A stretch of DNA of 64,000 nucleotides from Yuukianura sp. NJ FZ-2021 (Eukaryota): positions 9,486,001 through 9,550,000 of the forward strand of contig CM102287.1 of assembly GCA_046563655.1 (NCBI GenBank). The letters are read 5' to 3'. Below the pieces are notes generated by a model. It worked only from the letters and a program-made list of their open reading frames with translations, searched no databases and had not been told where the DNA came from. Of this stretch, positions 58,801-64,000 are shown piece by piece. Position numbers and translations under genes: made by a program. Within the stretch, counting starts at the first letter, position 1. Each line of letters begins with the position of its first letter.

Positions 58801-61800
58801 AAATCAAATTGTGGTTAATTGTTTTTGATGAATTGAGTTGGCTTAAATGGGAATTAATTTGTTGGAAGATGTTGATTGACAGTTTTTTTTTTGTGCAAAG
58901 AAGCCCAAGTGTAAATAAAAATTTGAATTTTGGTTGAAGGAATGATGACAAATTGTTCCTTGAAGAACAAAACTTAAAAAAAATCTGTTCAGAATATTTT
59001 GAAATGCGGCTTAACTAAAAAAAAGTCTAAAGTGAAAGGGTTGAGAAGCTCTCCGAGAAAGGCGTAGAAAAAAGCGGTAACCGCAGGATCGGATTTCGTT
59101 TTTTGAATTTGGTTTGGAATGGAAAGTGATTAGGGATAATTTTCTGGTCTGTTTCCCTTGAGAGTCACTTCAAGTACCCATGGCCCTTAGAAGACCTTTT
59201 CCGATTCTTTTCTTACTGAAGTTGGGCTAAGGGCCCACTTTTTTTGAAATTTCAAAAGGGCCCCACGTAGGATTTTGAAACCTTTCACTCATCAAAACTG
59301 TAACAATAAAAACCGAGACGTGTGGAAAGCTGTGTTCACATTTTGTATAATAATTTGGCAAAAATTTTATTCAAATTCAAAATTTTGATACAGAAAATTT
59401 TCGTATGATTTTTACGTCACGTAAACATAATCGGTGTAAGGTAATGCTTTTTTTGGTTTTTAGGTTTTTATTGGGGAAAATTTGGATAAAAGTATTCCTA
59501 AAAATGAAAAATTGAACGAAATTTTTAATTTTTGATTAAAGATGTTTCATGACGCTGAGAGAAGTTGTAAATTTTGTCGAGTTTCATGTTTTCATGTTAT
59601 TTTTAATAAGTTATTTAAATTTTGTATATAAATTTATACAAAATTATGAAATGACGTAGTTTTTGTTGTACTGGTAATATTTATCCTTGTGTGATTTATT
59701 GTACAAAAAATGAAAGGAAAATGGGATTTTGATTTAAACTTAGTTTTTTGTGTATAAGTTTGAATGAATAACGTGAAGAAAGGGTGTGTATCAAAATCGC
59801 ATAACTGTTTCCCATCATTATTTATGGGTTTGTTCATACACAAAAAAAAAGTTCAATAACTTTCACAAAAGTCATGCTTTCTTTTCATCAACATCAAATA
59901 AAACACATAGTAAAATGCATTTTTAATGCTAAACTATTTGAAAAGAAAGCACTAAAAGACTATAAATAAGACTAAAGTTAAAAATTAAAAAAGTGTTAAA
60001 AAGTAAATGCTAAAATATTTAAAATTTAAAAACGTCAAATTTTTCAAATTATACTATCTACGTTTCTTCTAGCTCACAGTACTTTTTCTAGTCCAATTTT
60101 TTGTTTCTGGAGTTGAATAGAGTCAAAAAATCTTTCAAAATTTTGACCAACCTTGTTAAATTTGTGACTAATTTGAAAATTTTTCCACTGCATTTGCTCT
60201 ATTTAAGTCTAGAAAAAAGTTCAAAAGAGAAAGAACTTTAAAAATTGCACTTAATTTTTCACTTTTGGTGTGTCTGTCATCGCATGACGAAAATGAAGGT
60301 TACCGTAACCTTTAAAGGGTTACCGTAACCTTCAGTAACCCTTATGCTACAAAGTTAATTGAGAGTCTTGGCATCTTCCTAACGAGTGGGGTGATTGTGG
60401 AAGGGAGCTGCAATTCGACATGACCCATAGTCAATATTATGTGAAACTGAATCTCTAATAAGAAGAAAAGATTGAGACAATGATTAAGCTCTTGCGCATA
60501 TCTTATTTGAACAAAAGCAAAAACCATTTTTTAAAATTTCAAAAAAAGACAATTGAACAAGGGCATTTCGAAATAAAAAAAAAACTGATTAGTTATTCTG
60601 TTCACGTCAAAGTAAGAGAGCGATGATTATCCATCTTCTTACGATTCGGAGTTTTTTCTTTCCGTTCTGCCGGTTGGAAGCGTCTTTTGTCCAGTCTTTT
60701 CGGTTCTGTCTATTTACTCAAAGGATTCCCCTACTCTCTCCCACATTTTTTTACTTCTCAACTTTTTATAATGCAAATTTATCACATTTTATGGAACAGG
60801 AACAAAAGATGGTTTAAAATAAAGAAAAAAGTTACGTGCTAGTACGAAAATGTAGATTTTTAGAGAAGAGATTCTGTTCTCCTGTGACAAAGTCGAAACG
60901 AACAAGGATTAATCGACTTTTGAACTTGGGAAAAAATTTTAACCAAAATTTTGGTTACTCATGAAACAAAATTTTGAAAAAACATAATCTTACTCTGACT
61001 AAAGATTAGGCAAAATATGAGTTTGTATTTGTAAAATTCGGGCAATTCAAAATCTGGCGAGTTTTGCAAAATTTCAGAGTATTTGAAAACGACGCTAAAT
61101 TTGAATAGGCGCGCAAATTTTGCATAATTTTTGAAAAACGTAAGTTGTGAACTAAGGTTTTTAAAAATTAACATTCAGATTTTTTTTGGTCCAGGTTCAC
61201 AATTATTGTGCAACGTCGTGGGAATTTGCGAATTTGCGTACGTTTGCAATTTCTTTATTGTTTGTTATGTGCAAAAAAAATGCAAAGAGAGGGATCTTGC
61301 CTTTCATTAGACGCAGCGCGATCCTTTCAAATCGAAATTTCGCAACTGGAATTCAAATGGCGAATTTTATATTTCTCTTGGCTTTGCTTTTTATCAGAAG
61401 AAGAATTAAGAACGTAGTTGCACGTTTTGAAAAAAATGTTATATGAATATGGAGAATTTAAAAAATGGTTTTTGCATCACAAAGAGTTCCGTTTTTTTTT
61501 CTTTATGATTTTTTGTCTTGTAAGATTTGAGATCGTGAGAGTTTGTATTTGTAGGTTTGAGAAGGAGTTTTATTGAAGTTGTGTTATGAATAATACTTTT
61601 TAGGAGGGTTGAAGTGCCAAGATGACAAAGGGAATCTCAAGCACAATCATTCACAACCTCTGATTTATTAGGCTCCTCTCCAGGGTAAACAGACAGCAAA
61701 ACTACTCTCACACCTTTACCCCCACGGGGAAACAGACACAATGAAAAAAAAATCAAAATTTTGAATTTTCAAATTAAAATTTCTAAATTTTTGTCTTTTA

Positions 61801-64000
61801 AGTTGAGCTTCCGCCATAGAAAACCTAAGTAACAATCTGAACTAAAAATTCGGTGAAACCAAATTTTTAAAAAGTTGACAGTTTTTATTGTCCGCTTTTT
61901 GTTCTGTACAAAATTTTGGTTTGCGAAAAATGTCTCTGTCATTGTTAGTGGCTACAATGAGCGGCAACTTATGTTGCCACTTTATGTTAGAATATGTTAA
62001 AGTGGCGACTTACGGTGCCACTCAGGTGTAGCCACCCAATGTAGCCACTAAAAATGGCGAAGTGGATACAATGACGGTCGTTAATCCTTACCTCAACCGA
62101 TATTTTTTTTTCTCACAGTGAGGAGAAAGTTGAATTTTAAGTTTGAATTCTTTTGAATTGCTGCAAGATGCGTTTTTTAGACAAGTCTTTTTTAGATTTT
62201 AAAAAATTTGAATGATGAGCTCAGGGGGAGATCAGGAGAGGTTCTGAGATAGGTGAGTCTCACAATTAAAAAATGTGAACTTCTCATTAAAAGGGAGGGG
62301 ACTGTACTTTTTTTAAATTTCAAAAAAGATTCTAAAAAATTCACTTAAGTGAGTCCGTCTTTGTTCTTATTACTTTGCATAAATTTTGAATTCTGAGTTT
62401 GTCTCCAAAGGGGGGGACTTAAGTCTCTCTTCTGCTTCGTTTTTATTGTTTTCAGTCAAAGCGTAACGGGATGCTTCATCTTGCTTATGGATCTTTGCAT
62501 ATTCTTGATTCTTCAGAAGATTTACATAATTTGGAGACACTAATCTCCCCTCTCGCTCTCACCTTTTCACACCTTGGGAACACATTTCAAAAAAAAATTT
62601 CAAAAAATTTGGACAATTTTTTTAGACTCTGAAATTTAAAAAAAGAGATTTGTTTTTTGTTTTTGGGTTTCGTTTGTAAGACGCCAATTAAAGCATGAAC
62701 TTGGCCTTGACTTGAAGTTTGAGTGGGAAAAAATGGAAAAACTTGTTTTGTTTTTCAGAAAGAAAAAAAAAATGAAAAAAACGAGTTGTGGAGGTGGGAA
62801 AATTGGAGAGAAGAAAAAAAGTAGTTTTAAACTCAACATTTTTGGCACTTAATTTTTACAAAAGCGGAGCTTGTTTTTGGATGTTTGTGAGAATAATGGG
62901 AGCTCTTGTATGACTAGTTTTTTATTTCAGTTTTTGAATTTCTCGAATTTTTATCAAAAATGATTTAAAACTTTAATGCAAAGATAAACCAGAATTTTTT
63001 CCAAAAACTCGTTTTTGTTTTTCTGTCCAACTTTTCCTTTTCCGTTTTTCTTTAAAATTGACGTCAATTTTATTTTTGGACATCAAATGCGTCATTTCTC
63101 AAAACCAAAATTCAATTTTTGAAAAGAAATTGCTTTAAGAAAACTGTTTTATTGAAAACAAATGCTTCGGAACTTTTCATTTTGTTCAAAAAGAGACTGG
63201 GTTTAAACTTCAGAAAAATTTGAAATATGTTTACGAATGTAAAATCTAAGTTTTTTGAATCTTTAACTAATAAAATTTTGATTTTTTGTTGTTTTCAGTG
63301 TCAGTGACTGTGATGCCGTCAAATGACTCGGAATTGCAACTTTTTCGGGTTCTGCAGCGTGCAAATTTGCTCAATTACTTTGATGTGATGATTGAACTGG
63401 GAGGAGACGATGTTCAGCAGTTGTGTGATGCTGGAGAAGAAGAATTTTTAGAAATTATGGCACTCATAGGAATGGCTTCCAAACCACTTCATGTGCGAAG
63501 ACTTCAAAAATCCCTTCAGGAATTTTTAACACATCCAAGTAATTAACAATTTCACAATTTCAATAGAATTTTAAGTTTAGATTTTCAGAAATTCTCAGTT
63601 TTTTTTCTCATCTTTTTCAGATTTGTTTCCAAATCCAATTCTGGGGCCACCACTATCAGCCTTTACACAAGGATCGACCAACTCCGACACAACAACCACT
63701 GCGACATCTACTACGTCAGTTTCGACATCTTCCAAAACGCAGTTACCGATACGACCAATACCGTTTCATTCCGGAGCTACGACATCAAACCATTTTAGTT
63801 CCAGTATCGCTCCAAGCACTGAAACTTCTAGACCCTACAATCCAAAATTTCATGCTCTGAGGACAGAACAACCCGGTAGCGCTGTTTGTCCTACCGTTAG
63901 CAGCGCAATAGCTTTAGGAGCAAGAGAAAGAAGCGATAGTCCATCCAAACCGACATCAGTTCCGGCAGGTCGAACCACTCCGAATCAAACCGGTACTCCG
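55812..64000 (+). CDS. nab: NGFI-A-binding (NAB) co-repressor, 3' partial
   Basis: NCD1 [18 protein letters not shown]...[37 protein letters not shown] at 63299-63538; upstream exons 55812-56678 and 57206-57535 splice in frame (phase 1); the upstream exons are less certain than NCD1. Confidence 0.85.
58544..58692. repeat. Imperfect (TCTG)n/(TCCG)n microsatellite in a nab intron
   Basis: Runs of TCTGTCTG and TCCGTCCG. Confidence 0.9.

Noticed and set aside
1..64000. tRNA, rRNA, snoRNA, U12-type introns or autonomous transposon ORFs
   Set aside because: None were recognisable by eye; a covariance-model scan (Infernal, tRNAscan-SE) would be needed to exclude small RNAs

Overview
This is eukaryotic, AT-rich, gene-dense DNA with mostly 55-100 nt GT-AG introns. 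Gene content points to a compact arthropod genome, possibly crustacean (inference). About 22 spliced genes were reconstructed by hand: PA2G4, Neurexin IV with a same-strand intronless AASDHPPT nested in intron 2, TPK1, MIC13, a Piwi/Aub, synergin-gamma-like, SNRNP40, two DESI/PPPDE paralogues flanking a microprotein, a urea transporter, a Ly6 protein, a divergent beta-ureidopropionase, a PPxY membrane protein, a zinc-less carbonic anhydrase, a degenerate cyclophilin, two atypical serpins, two orphan genes, a Kazal protein, prefoldin 5 and nab. Three signals stand out. (1) A perfect 20-bp inverted repeat brackets the nested AASDHPPT gene, with one arm touching its ATG and the other over its likely poly(A) cleavage zone, just upstream of the mutually exclusive Nrx-IV discoidin exons. 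(2) At least 21 exact copies of AGGTCAAAGGTCA (DR1) occur, with orientation bias at splice sites and copies inside coding exons. (3) A block of apparent pseudo-enzymes includes a serpin whose reactive loop is replaced by a ~60-aa Pro/Arg/Ser tract. Exon boundaries were read by eye and family calls rest on recalled motifs, not database searches.
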